Part shown: positions 17,531-27,973 of the stretch, in pieces
Layout of the letters: each line of letters opens with the position of its first letter
Numbering within the stretch: position 1 is the first letter of the stretch
Assembly: GCA_964488565.1 (NCBI GenBank)
Contig: CAZAUE010000002.1
Span: forward strand, 40,048 to 104,047
DNA length: 64,000 bases
Origin: an uncultured Candidatus Saccharibacteria bacterium
GTDB lineage: Bacteria; Patescibacteriota; Minisyncoccia; 2-02-FULL-40-12; GWA2-44-9
Reading direction: 5' to 3'
The notes under the pieces: model-generated
Told to the model about the DNA's origin: nothing
The model's input: only the letters and a program-made list of their open reading frames with translations
Database searches by the model: none
Made by a program: the position numbers and the translations under genes

Positions 17531-18616
17531 ATGTTTAATCTTTTTAAAGAAAAAGGCAAACTCGGCATCGACATCGGGACAGCTGCCATCAAAATTGTTG
17601 AACTTGATAAATCAGGCGGTCGTTTTGCTTTAAAAAATTACGGCCTTTTTGAACTAAAAGGCACAGACGTCCAATCATCCGGACCAGGCATGGGTCAGAG
17701 TATTTTGAAACTACCAGATCAAGAAATTATTTGGGGATTAAAAGAGTTAATAAGAAAAAGCAATATTAAATCCACAGACGCCATAGCCTCGATTCCATCT
17801 TTTTCAACTTTTACAACAATTATTGAGGTACCATATCTTTCAGAACAAGAATTGGCCAAGTCCTTACCTTTTGAAGCTCGCAAATATATTCCGATACCTC
17901 TGGATGAAGTTATTCTTGATTGGTCTATTATTGATATTACGAATCCGACTGTTTCAAAAGTTGTTGGTTCGGTTCCAAAACCGACCACAGTACAAGTATT
18001 TCTTGCTGCCGTACCAAAGGATGAGACTGAAAAGTATAGAAGAATAATGAAAGGTGCTGGATTAAACCTAAAAGCTCTTGAGTTGGAAAACACTGCTCTC
18101 ATTAGAGCTCTCCTTGGAAATGACCTGTCCCCAACAGCCATAGTAAACATTGGGGGGCGCAGCACTTCAATTGTTATCGTTGATAAGGGGTACGAACGAG
18201 TAAGTCATAATTATGAAATAGGTGGTTTTGAAATAACGAAGTCCATTGCCCGTTCTTTAAATGTAAGCATTGAGAAAGCGGAAGAGTTAAAAAGAAAGAT
18301 GGGTATGAATAAGGCCGATGAAAATATTGTTAACGAGGCCATGGTTTCTTTGATTGATATGATGGTTTTTGAAACCAAAAAAACTATCAGCAACTATGAA
18401 GGTGCCAAAAAACAAAAAATATCTAGGGTTCTCCTTGTTGGGGGATTGACCAATATGCCCAGCTTCGTAGATTACTTTAAACAAAAACTGAATATGGATG
18501 TTTATGGCGCTAATGCTTTTGCAAGAATTATTTACCCCGAACAATTAAAGCCCGTCATTCAAGAATTGGCCAACACATTTTCTATCGCCGCGGGCCTTGC
18601 CATGAGAGATATCTAA
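17531..18616 (+). CDS. pilM: type IV pilus assembly protein PilM (actin-like ATPase)
   Basis: LGIDIGTAAIKIVEL N-terminus, 361 aa, first gene of the pil operon. Confidence 0.8.
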   Translation: MFNLFKEKGKLGIDIGTAAIKIVELDKSGGRFALKNYGLFELKGTDVQSSGPGMGQSILKLPDQEIIWGLKELIRKSNIKSTDAIASIPSFSTFTTIIEVPYLSEQELAKSLPFEARKYIPIPLDEVILDWSIIDITNPTVSKVVGSVPKPTTVQVFLAAVPKDETEKYRRIMKGAGLNLKALELENTALIRALLGNDLSPTAIVNIGGRSTSIVIVDKGYERVSHNYEIGGFEITKSIARSLNVSIEKAEELKRKMGMNKADENIVNEAMVSLIDMMVFETKKTISNYEGAKKQKISRVLLVGGLTNMPSFVDYFKQKLNMDVYGANAFARIIYPEQLKPVIQELANTFSIAAGLAMRDI

Positions 18617-18658
18617 TGTTGATAACAAGTTTAGTCTATTAAGGTATACTTTATTAAG

Positions 18659-19213
18659 ATGCCAGATCAAGGTGGATTACAATTGCTTCCCGAGACAAGG
18701 AGAAAGATAGATGTAAAAGTTCCGGGAGAAAACAGACTTCTTTACTCAGGAGTCGCTATTTTTGTCTTAATTCTTATTGCCATAGGTGGTCTTTATTTTT
18801 ACAAGAACACCATGGAAAACAAGTTGGTAGAATTAGATGCGCAAATACTAGACCTTGAGAAAGCTCGAGACAAAAACGTTGAGACAAATCTTTTAGTCCT
18901 AAACAAACAGTTGTCCCTTATCTCAACTCTTCTTGATTCGCATATTGTTTGGTCAAAAGCATTTGGTAAGGTTGAGAGTTTATTACATCCACAAGTTCAG
19001 TTCCTAACTTTTGCTGCTGCTGTTTCTGATAATAGGTTTGAGTTTAAAGCTCTAGCTCCAAATTATACCGTAGTAGCAAAACAAATGGCCGCCCTTGTTT
19101 CAGACGATTCAATAAAAGATTTGGCCCTTATCAATGTTCACGTCTTAACTTCAGGAAAATTAGAATTCAGTATTAAGATAGAATTTGATAAAACTAAATT
19201 CATAAAAGAATGA
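18659..19213 (+). CDS. pilN: PilN-like bitopic membrane protein
   Basis: Short cytoplasmic N-terminus, single TM, coiled-coil periplasmic part. Positioned after pilM. Confidence 0.55.
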   Translation: MPDQGGLQLLPETRRKIDVKVPGENRLLYSGVAIFVLILIAIGGLYFYKNTMENKLVELDAQILDLEKARDKNVETNLLVLNKQLSLISTLLDSHIVWSKAFGKVESLLHPQVQFLTFAAAVSDNRFEFKALAPNYTVVAKQMAALVSDDSIKDLALINVHVLTSGKLEFSIKIEFDKTKFIKE

Positions 19214-19737
19214 ACAAAAACTACACCGGAGCAGGATTGATAGCCATAACCATTGTTTTGTTTTGGGCAATGGCTTTTCCAACCTATAACAGAATTTCTG
19301 ACCTAGATGTTGCCATTAAAGAACGAGAAGAGCTTTTAAGTTCCAGAAACACAATCATCGCTAATATAAAAAAATTAAATACTGAATACCAAAAAAGGAT
19401 TCCTGAAATCACCAAGCTGTCAGCAATTGTCCCTTCAAAGAAAAGTGTCGCTGAAATCTTATCAGCCATTAATGATGTGTCCGCAAAAAATGGAGTTGAA
19501 CTGTTTAGCTCGTCAATAATCGGCCAAAAAACATCTAACGCAGATGCTAGTCCTTTTAATCTTTTGTCTTTGGACATTGGTCTGAATGGAACCTACCCCG
19601 GCTTAACTAATTTCCTTAGAGGTTTAGAAAAAAACCTACGACTTGTAGACATAACATCGGTTGATGCAGCGGTCGGAACAGGGACAATTTCAGTTTTAAA
19701 TTTCACAATTAAAGGAAACGCGTATTATTTAAAATAA
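19210..19737 (+). CDS. pilO: PilO-like bitopic membrane protein
   Basis: N-terminal TM followed by a coiled coil. Start codon overlaps the pilN stop. Confidence 0.5.
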   Translation: MNKNYTGAGLIAITIVLFWAMAFPTYNRISDLDVAIKEREELLSSRNTIIANIKKLNTEYQKRIPEITKLSAIVPSKKSVAEILSAINDVSAKNGVELFSSSIIGQKTSNADASPFNLLSLDIGLNGTYPGLTNFLRGLEKNLRLVDITSVDAAVGTGTISVLNFTIKGNAYYLK

Positions 19738-20021
19738 TGGCTCCACAACAATCAAACAACCAGAACACACTTATAATAGCCTTAATATTGGTGGCCGGTT
19801 TCGCTGTGGGATATTTTTACTACTCACAATGGGTAGTTCCAGCAAGAGTCCTTATTGATCCACCTCCAGTAGCGGCAAGAGACGATCTTAAAAAATTTGA
19901 GAATTTAAAAATAGATTTTTCAATATTAGACAATAAAAAATACAAAGCCTTAGAAATTTTTGGAGAGTCACCTGTAAATCCTGGAGTTACAGGAAAGAGA
20001 GATATTTTTGCCCCGATTTAA
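19737..20021 (+). CDS. small TM protein of the pilus operon (PilP-like?)
   Basis: 94 aa, one TM helix, overlaps the pilO stop. Function inferred only from position. Confidence 0.35.
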   Translation: MAPQQSNNQNTLIIALILVAGFAVGYFYYSQWVVPARVLIDPPPVAARDDLKKFENLKIDFSILDNKKYKALEIFGESPVNPGVTGKRDIFAPI

Positions 20022-20120
20022 GCATTTGTCCAAAAGCGAAGCGATTGGCTACAAATGCTTACCCGCCTAAGGCGGGTGACAAGTTTATAACTATTCGCTT
20101 CGCTCATAGATAAACATGTC

Positions 20121-21875
20121 ATGCCGATAAAAATACCCCAAACTCTTATAGACGAATTAGTTCGTCTTAATGTAATCACGACAGAAGACATCGCGCCTTT
20201 TTCAGATCTGGCCCAAAACGAGAACAAAGATTTTGGTCAAATTTTAATAGACAAAGCACTTATATCTGATCCAGACCTTCTGGTGTTAAAATCAAAGCTT
20301 TACCACTTACCCACCGTTGACCTAGAAGGATATGAATTTAATCGTGAAGTTTTAAAAGAATTTTCCGAAGATATTGTTAATTTTTACAGAATTGCCCCAT
20401 TTGAAAAAGAGGGGAATGTGTTGAAGGTGGCCATAATTAATCCGGAAGCCATTGATGCTCTTGAGGCTTTAAAATTTATAGCAGAGGATAAACAATTAGT
20501 ACTAGATAAATATTTAGTAAGTTATCGTGATTTTGAAACAATCATTAGAAACTATAGAACCTTGTCAGGTGAAGTTGGTAAGGCTCTTGAATCCCTAACC
20601 GAAGAAAAGGCCGGAGAAGAAGAAGGGGGCGCTATTAAATCCATTGAAGACATCACAGCTGAGGCACCTGTGTCCAAAATAGTAGCCGTCTTAGTAAAAC
20701 ATGCCGTTGAATCAAGAGCTTCTGATATTCACATTGAACCATTTGAGGATAGGGTTAGAACACGTTTCAGAATTGATGGCATTCTTGTCACGACACTAAC
20801 GTTGCCAAAAGCTCTCCAATCAGCAGTCGTAACTCGCATCAAAATATTATCTGATTTAAAAATAGACGAAACTCGCCTAGCTCAAGATGGAAGATTTTCT
20901 ACCAAACTTGGTACGCGCAGAGTAGATTTTCGTGTTTCAACATTTCCTACAAAAAACGGAGAAAAGGTTGTAATGCGTATTTTGGATCCTCTGACAGGTA
21001 AAGTTGAGTTGGCAGACTTGGGATTAGATGGAAGATCAGAAGAAGTAATACAAAAAGCGATGGATAAACCTTTTGGAAGCATCCTCATAACTGGTCCAAC
21101 GGGTTCGGGTAAATCCACAACCTTGGCCGGAATGCTTAAAAGAATGAACAGTGAAGACGTAAACATTGTTACCCTTGAAGATCCAATTGAATACTTTGTT
21201 GATGGAGTTAACCAATCCCAAGTTCACGAAGAAATTGGGTACACCTTCGCTAGTGGTTTACGTCACATTTTGAGGCAAGACCCTGATGTTATTGTGGTGG
21301 GAGAGATAAGAGACAGAGAAACAGCAAGCTTGGCCACTCAAGCTGCTTTGACTGGCCACATCGTTCTTTCAACCCTACATACTAACGACGCTTTAGGGGT
21401 CGTCCCTCGTTTAATAGATATGGGCGTTGAGAAATATTTAATTCCATCAACTTTAAATGTTGCTGCTGCTCAAAGACTATTGCGACGATTATGTGCAGAA
21501 TGCAAACTTGAAGTTAAGGCTAACACCGCCGAAGAGCAAATGATAACTACGGCAATCCTTGATATGCCTGATAGCTATCAAAAAGAGCATCTTTCCAAGT
21601 CTGGCTACACCATACACAAACCAAATCTAGAAAATCCGTGCAAAAAATGTGGAGGTAAGGCTTTTAAGGGCCGAATAGCTATCTTTGAAATGTTGGAAAT
21701 GAGTGATGATCTGGAAAAAATAATTTTGGGAGATATCTCTGAATCAGCTCTTCGTGCAGAGGCGAAAAAGCAAGGAATGATTACAATGTTTCAAGATGGA
21801 ATTTTGAAAGTATTAAAAGGGGTAGTATCATTAGAGGAGTTACTTGAGATTGCTCAAGCAGGCGATAGTGCATAA
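20121..21875 (+). CDS. pilB: type IV pilus assembly ATPase PilB (GspE family)
   Basis: N-terminal GSPII domain, Walker A GPTGSGKST, Asp box, Walker B, His box, and a tetracysteine motif (CAECK...CKKCGG). Confidence 0.9.
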   Translation: MPIKIPQTLIDELVRLNVITTEDIAPFSDLAQNENKDFGQILIDKALISDPDLLVLKSKLYHLPTVDLEGYEFNREVLKEFSEDIVNFYRIAPFEKEGNVLKVAIINPEAIDALEALKFIAEDKQLVLDKYLVSYRDFETIIRNYRTLSGEVGKALESLTEEKAGEEEGGAIKSIEDITAEAPVSKIVAVLVKHAVESRASDIHIEPFEDRVRTRFRIDGILVTTLTLPKALQSAVVTRIKILSDLKIDETRLAQDGRFSTKLGTRRVDFRVSTFPTKNGEKVVMRILDPLTGKVELADLGLDGRSEEVIQKAMDKPFGSILITGPTGSGKSTTLAGMLKRMNSEDVNIVTLEDPIEYFVDGVNQSQVHEEIGYTFASGLRHILRQDPDVIVVGEIRDRETASLATQAALTGHIVLSTLHTNDALGVVPRLIDMGVEKYLIPSTLNVAAAQRLLRRLCAECKLEVKANTAEEQMITTAILDMPDSYQKEHLSKSGYTIHKPNLENPCKKCGGKAFKGRIAIFEMLEMSDDLEKIILGDISESALRAEAKKQGMITMFQDGILKVLKGVVSLEELLEIAQAGDSA

Positions 21876-21876
21876 C

Positions 21877-22944
21877 ATGATTGATTCAAAAAAATATTTA
21901 GAAGAATTACTTTTAACAACCGCTCAGCAAGGAGCGACTGATTTACATTTATCTCCCGGACACTATCCAACAATAAGAATAGACAGTCGCCTAATAATGC
22001 TAAATCAGCAGAAGATTTTAGATCGAGAAACCTTAGAAGGTTTAATTTTCGCTCTTTTGGGAGAAGAACGTAAGGCCAGATTTCTTTCAGAAAAAGAGTT
22101 GGATTTTTCCTATGAATTAGAGGGGCAGAACAGATTCAGGGTGGATGCATATCAAACTAAGGGTGGTTTAGCCGCCTCTTTAAGATTGATTCCCAACGAG
22201 GTCAAAACAATTGATGAGTTAAACCTGCCCCAAATAACCAAAATATTCTCAAAATTGTCTCAGGGTTTCGTTTTGGTTGTAGGACCAAATGGTCACGGTA
22301 AATCCACGACACTGGCAGCCATAGTGGACATGATAAACAAAGAGCGCGCTGAAAAGATCGTAACCATCGAAGATCCGATTGAATACATTTTTACACCCAA
22401 CAAAAGCATCATAGATCAAAGAGAGGTTTACCAAGATACATTTTCTTTTCATAAAGCCATCCGATCAACCTTTAGGCAGAATGCCAATGTTATTATGGTA
22501 GGGGAGGTAAGAGACTATGAAACCATGAGTGCAGTGGTAACTGCGGCAGAAACAGGACACTTAGTTTTAACTTCATTGCACACCAACAGTGCCTCTCAGA
22601 CGATTGAAAGAATTATTGATAGTTTTCCACCCAACCAAGAATCTCAAATCAGAAATCAACTCGCCAACACCATCTCGGGTATAATTTCACAAAGATTAAT
22701 ACCAAGAATAAAGGGTGGCCTTATTCCCGCAGTAGAAGTCATGATTGCTACTCCAGCAATCAGAACCCTCATTCGAGATAATCGCCCAAGACAAATGGAC
22801 ATGGTTATTGAGACCAGCCAAGACATCGGAATGATAAGTCTAGACAGGTCATTAGCAGATCTTGTCAGAAGAAAAGAAATTAGCTGGGAAAGAGCGGAGT
22901 TCTATTCAGTTAATCAGGCCGAATTAAAAAACTTGTTACAATAA
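21877..22944 (+). CDS. pilT: twitching motility/retraction ATPase PilT
   Basis: Walker A GPNGHGKSTT, AIRSTFRQNANVIMVGEVRD, and the His box. I use the Met at 21877 rather than the track start at 21844, which overlaps pilB by 32 nt. Confidence 0.88.
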   Translation: MIDSKKYLEELLLTTAQQGATDLHLSPGHYPTIRIDSRLIMLNQQKILDRETLEGLIFALLGEERKARFLSEKELDFSYELEGQNRFRVDAYQTKGGLAASLRLIPNEVKTIDELNLPQITKIFSKLSQGFVLVVGPNGHGKSTTLAAIVDMINKERAEKIVTIEDPIEYIFTPNKSIIDQREVYQDTFSFHKAIRSTFRQNANVIMVGEVRDYETMSAVVTAAETGHLVLTSLHTNSASQTIERIIDSFPPNQESQIRNQLANTISGIISQRLIPRIKGGLIPAVEVMIATPAIRTLIRDNRPRQMDMVIETSQDIGMISLDRSLADLVRRKEISWERAEFYSVNQAELKNLLQ

Positions 22945-22945
22945 T

Positions 22946-24154
22946 ATGAATTTTTTATACAAAATCAAAACCCAAAGCGGTGAAATAATAGAAGGGAAAA
23001 TAGAAGCTCCAGATGAAAACGTAGCAGTTAATACTCTTCAAAGTAAGGGTTACTTAATTTTATCCATTAAACAACTAGAAGGGGATATTTTTTCAATAGA
23101 TTTAAATAAGTACTTTCAAAAACCCACAAATAAAGACGTTGTTATTTTTACTCGCCAACTTTCAACACTAATAGATGCCGACATGCCTTTGGCTGAAGGA
23201 TTGAGAACTCTGGCTCGTCAATTCGAAAAACCCACCTTAAGAAAAATATTATCAGAAATATCTGATGCGGTTGAAGGGGGTTCTTCTTTGTCGAATGCGT
23301 TGGCTGTTCACCCTGAGCAATTTTCCTCTTTTTACATCAAACTTGTTCAATCAGGAGAAGTGTCCGGAAAACTTCATGAGGCATTACTTTATTTAGCTGA
23401 TCACCTTGAAAGAAGTCAGGAAATAAATTCAAAAATAAAAGGCGCGTTGGCCTATCCAGCATTCGTAGTTTTTGCCCTTATTGTTGTTACTGGCATTATG
23501 GTTGTTTATGTTTTGCCTCAATTATTAGCTATTTTTAAAGATGTCGGCGCTAATGACCTACCACTAACCACGCGGGCTTTGATTTGGGTAACTACTTTTG
23601 TTAATGATTATCTTTATTACCTTGCTGGTTTAATTTTTGGATCCCTTTTCTTCGGGTGGCAATATATTAAAACACCTGGAGGTAAAACCGCGTTTGATAA
23701 TTTCAAAATAAACATGCCAGCATTAGGAACAGTAGTTAGGAATCTATATCTGGCCAGAATATCAGAGAGTTTGTCTACCCTGATTAAATCGGGAATACCA
23801 ATCCTAGATACCATCCACATCACATCTGATCTTGTTGGTAATGAAAATTATAGAAGAATTCTCCTTGATGCTGAAGAAAATGTCAGAGGAGGAGGAACCA
23901 TTTCTGATGTGTTTATTAAATACAAAGAAATCCCACCACTAATGTCCTCCATGGTGGCAATAGGGGAGAAGACTGGAAAATTAGATTTTATGCTTGAACA
24001 TATTTCTAAATTTTATAAATCTGAATCCGATACAACCATAGACAACATAGCCACATTGATTGAGCCTATCTTAGTATTGGTTCTTGGTGTCGCTGTGGCA
24101 GTTTTGGTGTCCGCAATTTTGCTCCCAATATATAATCTAGTAAACGTAACCTAG
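22946..24154 (+). CDS. pilC: type IV pilus platform protein PilC (GspF family)
   Basis: Two GspF repeats, three TM segments, 402 aa. Confidence 0.85.
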   Translation: MNFLYKIKTQSGEIIEGKIEAPDENVAVNTLQSKGYLILSIKQLEGDIFSIDLNKYFQKPTNKDVVIFTRQLSTLIDADMPLAEGLRTLARQFEKPTLRKILSEISDAVEGGSSLSNALAVHPEQFSSFYIKLVQSGEVSGKLHEALLYLADHLERSQEINSKIKGALAYPAFVVFALIVVTGIMVVYVLPQLLAIFKDVGANDLPLTTRALIWVTTFVNDYLYYLAGLIFGSLFFGWQYIKTPGGKTAFDNFKINMPALGTVVRNLYLARISESLSTLIKSGIPILDTIHITSDLVGNENYRRILLDAEENVRGGGTISDVFIKYKEIPPLMSSMVAIGEKTGKLDFMLEHISKFYKSESDTTIDNIATLIEPILVLVLGVAVAVLVSAILLPIYNLVNVT

Positions 24155-24238
24155 TGTATTGCCCCATATCAAACACCTTATCTTAATGTTGATAACTAGA
24201 GTTTGTTAACATAATAATTTAAGTTGTATACTTAGTGT

Positions 24239-24727
24239 ATGAAAAATAAAAACCAAAAAGGTTTCACATTGGTCGAATTGCTAGTCGTCATTGCTATTAT
24301 TGGTATCTTGGCCACACTACTTTTGCTTCAATTAGGTGTTGCCAGACAAAGAGCAAGAGATGCAAAGAGAATTGTTGACGTAAGCCAGGTAAGAACCGCA
24401 GCGGAACTCTACTTTGACGATTCAGGTCAATATCCTCAGGTTGCAACTTGGGCTGCTTTGGCTGCACTTTTTGTTCCTAAGTACATGACCCAACTTCCAT
24501 CAGATCCATTAAACAACGGCAATTACACTTACAATTATGCCTACAGTGGACTGACAAAATATCACATGTGGGCTGAGCTTGAACAGTCTGCCGCCGCCCT
24601 AAAAAGCGATGCGGATATTGATTCTACTGGATGGACAGGACAAACCCAAAACGGAGCTGACGCTAATGGTGTCAACTGCACAACAGCTGCCATAGATTGT
24701 GTCTACGACCAAGGTCAAAGCCAATAG
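24239..24727 (+). CDS. pilA: type IV major pilin (class III signal peptide)
   Basis: MKNKNQKGFTLVELLVVIAIIGILA prepilin leader with G|F cleavage site and E+5. Strong double hairpin terminator follows at 24737-24793. Confidence 0.85.
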   Translation: MKNKNQKGFTLVELLVVIAIIGILATLLLLQLGVARQRARDAKRIVDVSQVRTAAELYFDDSGQYPQVATWAALAALFVPKYMTQLPSDPLNNGNYTYNYAYSGLTKYHMWAELEQSAAALKSDADIDSTGWTGQTQNGADANGVNCTTAAIDCVYDQGQSQ

Positions 24728-24736
24728 AATGATCTC

Positions 24737-24793
24737 TCAAACAAAACTCCGCTAGTAGCGGAGTTTTGTTTTTATCTCCACATCCATGAGTAG
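24737..24793 (+). terminator. tandem hairpin terminator after the pilin gene
   Basis: aaactccgctagtagcggagtttt followed by T-run, then a second hairpin atctccacatccatgagtaggcgtggagat. Attenuation of this kind after pilA is typical. Confidence 0.7.
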
Positions 24794-24823
24794 GCGTGGA
24801 GATAAATCTGATATAATTAACCC

Positions 24824-25576
24824 ATGGACATTTTCTTTATCTTTTTGATCGGATTAATCATTGGGAGTTTTTTAAACGTCGTTATTTTTAGATTAGATAA
24901 AAAGGGCGGTATTTTGATGGGTCGGTCTGAGTGTCCTAAGTGTCTAGAACGACTTAAATGGTATGACCTACTTCCTGTTTTAAGTTATGTGTTTTTAAAA
25001 GGAAAGTGCCGAAGTTGTAAAAACAAAATATCCAAAATCTATCCTCTAACCGAGATAGTCACTGCATTTTCTTTTTCATTGTTTTACCTAATATATAAAC
25101 CCACAATTGGGATAACTGATTTTTATTTCCTGCTGATTATAACCTCTTTCGTTGTTTTGGTCTTTTTTGATTATCTTTATTTTTTAATTCCAGACAAGAT
25201 AGTTTTACCACTAATCATTATTGCGTCTTTATATAATTATTTTTTCAGACAACCAGATTTTATAAGCTTATTATTATCCGCTTTAGTCATGGGCGGTATT
25301 TTTGCTATAATACACTTATCCTCTAGGGGGGAGTGGATGGGCTTTGGAGATGCCAAGCTTATGTTCTTGATTGGATTGGTACTTGGCTATCCTTTGGGAT
25401 TTTTAGCTCTGATACTATCAGTTTGGACGGCAGCATTGGTGGGGATCGTCTTAATGCTACTTGGAAGAGCTAATCGTAAAACTGCTTTACCTTTCGGTTC
25501 TTTCTTGGCCGGAATTTCAATTATAATAATTATTTTTCAAAATGAACTACAAAAAATTACTAATCAGTTTTTTTAA
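24824..25576 (+). CDS. pilD: prepilin peptidase PilD (A24 family)
   Basis: N-terminal CxxC...CxxC zinc motif, multi-TM, catalytic GFGDAKL. 250 aa. Confidence 0.85.
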   Translation: MDIFFIFLIGLIIGSFLNVVIFRLDKKGGILMGRSECPKCLERLKWYDLLPVLSYVFLKGKCRSCKNKISKIYPLTEIVTAFSFSLFYLIYKPTIGITDFYFLLIITSFVVLVFFDYLYFLIPDKIVLPLIIIASLYNYFFRQPDFISLLLSALVMGGIFAIIHLSSRGEWMGFGDAKLMFLIGLVLGYPLGFLALILSVWTAALVGIVLMLLGRANRKTALPFGSFLAGISIIIIIFQNELQKITNQFF

Positions 25577-25970
25577 GAAACCAGTCTTTGCTCAAATTAT
25601 TCTTTTAATAGCCCTACTGGGGGTGGCTTCTTTCCTTAAACTATCTTTTAATTTTTCAGGTGACTCTGCACCGGAACTAGCTACATTGTTTATAAATTTT
25701 GAAACAGAAAAAAGATTCTTTGAGGGTGAAGTGACTGACAATATGACAGTGTTGGATGCGCTTAACGCTGCAGTTTCAATTGGAAAAATTAAATTTAATT
25801 ATGCTATTAACGAATCCTCCGATGTAAGTGTTCTAGAGATAGATGGTCACACAAACGGGGCTGGTAACAAATACTTTGTTTTTTATCTTAACTCCAGAAA
25901 AATTCCCGTTCAAGACCTAAACAAGAAAGAAGTTCGCGGCGGAGATAGGATAGAAATTATAAATGAATAA
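25542..25970 (+). CDS. hypothetical membrane-anchored protein in the pil operon
   Basis: N-terminal TM. No pilin leader. Overlaps the pilD end. Confidence 0.35.
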   Translation: MNYKKLLISFFKKPVFAQIILLIALLGVASFLKLSFNFSGDSAPELATLFINFETEKRFFEGEVTDNMTVLDALNAAVSIGKIKFNYAINESSDVSVLEIDGHTNGAGNKYFVFYLNSRKIPVQDLNKKEVRGGDRIEIINE

Positions 25971-26517
25971 TTTAAAATTAAAAACCGAAAACACGAAAAC
26001 TGGTTTTACTCTGATTGAGGTCGTGGTGGTAGCCACAATAACCGCGATTATTAGTACTTTTATGCTTCTAAGTTTTCAAAGAACTCGCTTAGACTTAAAC
26101 GAAAGTACTACTGTTATCATAGCAGACCTAAGGTCTGCTCAGTCCAAAGCTCTTGCAAGCACAAAGTATGACAGTGGCTCTGGGTCCAAAATAAGGTGTG
26201 GCTATGGAGTTCATTACATCAACACAACTTCATATTCTATCTATGTTGGCCCTGACGCAAGTTCAGGTGATTGTAAATCACTGAACAGAAATCTTGACGG
26301 CGCAGATTCAGTAATTGCAACTAAAATTTTTAGTAACGAAAAGGTTGAATTTAAAGGTAGTTTCAGTGACATATTCTGGGAACCGCCTCATCCCTATACC
26401 TACATTAGCAATTCTTCATCGAGTGCCTCTGTAACTATCACAATCGGCAAAAAGGGCGGTGTCTGTCCTGGAGATTGTAAAACTATAAATGTATCAACAT
26501 CTGGAAAAATTGAATAA
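25963..26517 (+). CDS. minor pilin / pseudopilin
   Basis: GFTLIEVVVVATI prepilin-type N-terminal methylation motif. Confidence 0.6.
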   Translation: MNNLKLKTENTKTGFTLIEVVVVATITAIISTFMLLSFQRTRLDLNESTTVIIADLRSAQSKALASTKYDSGSGSKIRCGYGVHYINTTSYSIYVGPDASSGDCKSLNRNLDGADSVIATKIFSNEKVEFKGSFSDIFWEPPHPYTYISNSSSSASVTITIGKKGGVCPGDCKTINVSTSGKIE

Positions 26518-27001
26518 TAATTCATCATTAAGATCATCTAAAGGATTCACCTTAATTGAGGCTTTAGTGTCCTTGGTTGTCTTAACTGTCGCGTTGGGGC
26601 CAGCATTAGTTCTCTCTAGTAATATTTCTTCTACCGCGTCCATCATCCAAAACAACTTAGTTGCGGCCAACCTTTCCCAGGAAGGTCTTGAGGTCATCCG
26701 AGCACTAAGAGATGCTAATTGGTATAACGGATTGTCTTTTGATTCTGGACTACCTGATGGAATTTACAGAATTGACTGGAATTCAATTGATCTTATTTCT
26801 TTAGGAGGCAATCCGCCCCTTAAAATAACAAATGGTCTATATAACTATTCCTCAGGGGCAGATACGATATTCAGAAGAACTATAACCATAACAAAAATAA
26901 ACTCTGAAGAATTAAGAATTATAAGCGAGGTCAACTGGACAGAAAGGGGGGAAAGGGCAAGAAGTGTAAAAGCCGAATCACATTTGTTTGATTGGAAATA
27001 A
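26489..27001 (+). CDS. minor pilin / pseudopilin
   Basis: KGFTLIEALVSLVVL prepilin-type motif. Confidence 0.6.
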   Translation: MYQHLEKLNNNSSLRSSKGFTLIEALVSLVVLTVALGPALVLSSNISSTASIIQNNLVAANLSQEGLEVIRALRDANWYNGLSFDSGLPDGIYRIDWNSIDLISLGGNPPLKITNGLYNYSSGADTIFRRTITITKINSEELRIISEVNWTERGERARSVKAESHLFDWK

Positions 27002-27533
27002 AATTATGAAAAGTCATAAAAATGAAAATGGTTTTACTTTAGTAGAAGTTTTAGTGACTTCTTTGATTTTTTCAATAATCGCACTGAGTGTTAATGCTAT
27101 TTTTGTACAGATTATAAATTTGCAAAGACGAGGGTTTGCTGTTCAAAAAATTCAGGACAATTCTCTTTTAGCACTAGAGGAGATGTCCAGAGACATAAGA
27201 GTAAGTAGGATTTCTGACCAAGAATCTTCTGGTTGCACTGCGACCACCATAACTCTCACACACCCAACAAAAGGAGCCGTGATTTATCGAACAAACGGTG
27301 GAATAGTTCAGAGAAGTGTTGGAGGCGGAAGCTATGAAGATGTTAGTGGTTCCAATGTTAATTTCACCAGAATGAATTTCTGCATTATTGGATCTTTGAC
27401 CAATGACAACCAGAGCCCGCGAGTATCCGTAGTTGCTTCTGTTCAAAATCGAACAGGTAAAGACATACTGCAAATAAACATCCAAACAACTACCACTTCT
27501 AGAAATGTGGCAGATGAGTTTCAAAATCCATGA
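26988..27533 (+). CDS. minor pilin / pseudopilin
   Basis: NGFTLVEVLVTSLIF prepilin-type motif. True start is probably the Met at about 27006. Confidence 0.6.
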   Translation: MIGNKIMKSHKNENGFTLVEVLVTSLIFSIIALSVNAIFVQIINLQRRGFAVQKIQDNSLLALEEMSRDIRVSRISDQESSGCTATTITLTHPTKGAVIYRTNGGIVQRSVGGGSYEDVSGSNVNFTRMNFCIIGSLTNDNQSPRVSVVASVQNRTGKDILQINIQTTTTSRNVADEFQNP

Positions 27534-27883
27534 TAAATCAAAAAGGTTCAATTTTAATTTTTTCAGTCTTAATGCTTGGGGTTATTTTAACCATAACCTT
27601 GTCTTTGGGTAATATTTATTTACCTCGCCTTAAAACATCAACCGAAGCCATAAATTCAGTTGCTGCGGTCTACACTGCCGACAGTGCCCTAGAATGGTGT
27701 TTACACGAACAAAGAGGAAGAACCCCGTCAGTAGTTACTCCAACAATATCAATTATCGCAACCTATACAATTTATTTTGGTTCTGGAATAGCCACATGTG
27801 CTCCAGCAGAAGACCCCTTAAACCATCGGGCGGTAGGAACATATAAAGGAGTCACGAGATCGCTTGATATAGTTGAGGATTAA
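27530..27883 (+). CDS. pilus-associated small membrane protein (PilX-like?)
   Basis: 117 aa with an N-terminal hydrophobic helix. Last gene of the operon, start overlapping the previous stop. Confidence 0.35.
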   Translation: MINQKGSILIFSVLMLGVILTITLSLGNIYLPRLKTSTEAINSVAAVYTADSALEWCLHEQRGRTPSVVTPTISIIATYTIYFGSGIATCAPAEDPLNHRAVGTYKGVTRSLDIVED

Positions 27884-27973
27884 TTAACTAAGATTTGATT
27901 AAAAAGTTAACCAAAAGACTCTTTTCAGAGCCTTTTGGTTTGGTATACTACGGTCAGATAATTAACCTAACAC

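Noticed and set aside
27890-27950. Candidate terminator after the pilus operon (aaaagactcttttcagagcctttt)
   Set aside because: The two halves are not actually complementary on inspection, so there is no stable stem. It is not reported as a terminator.
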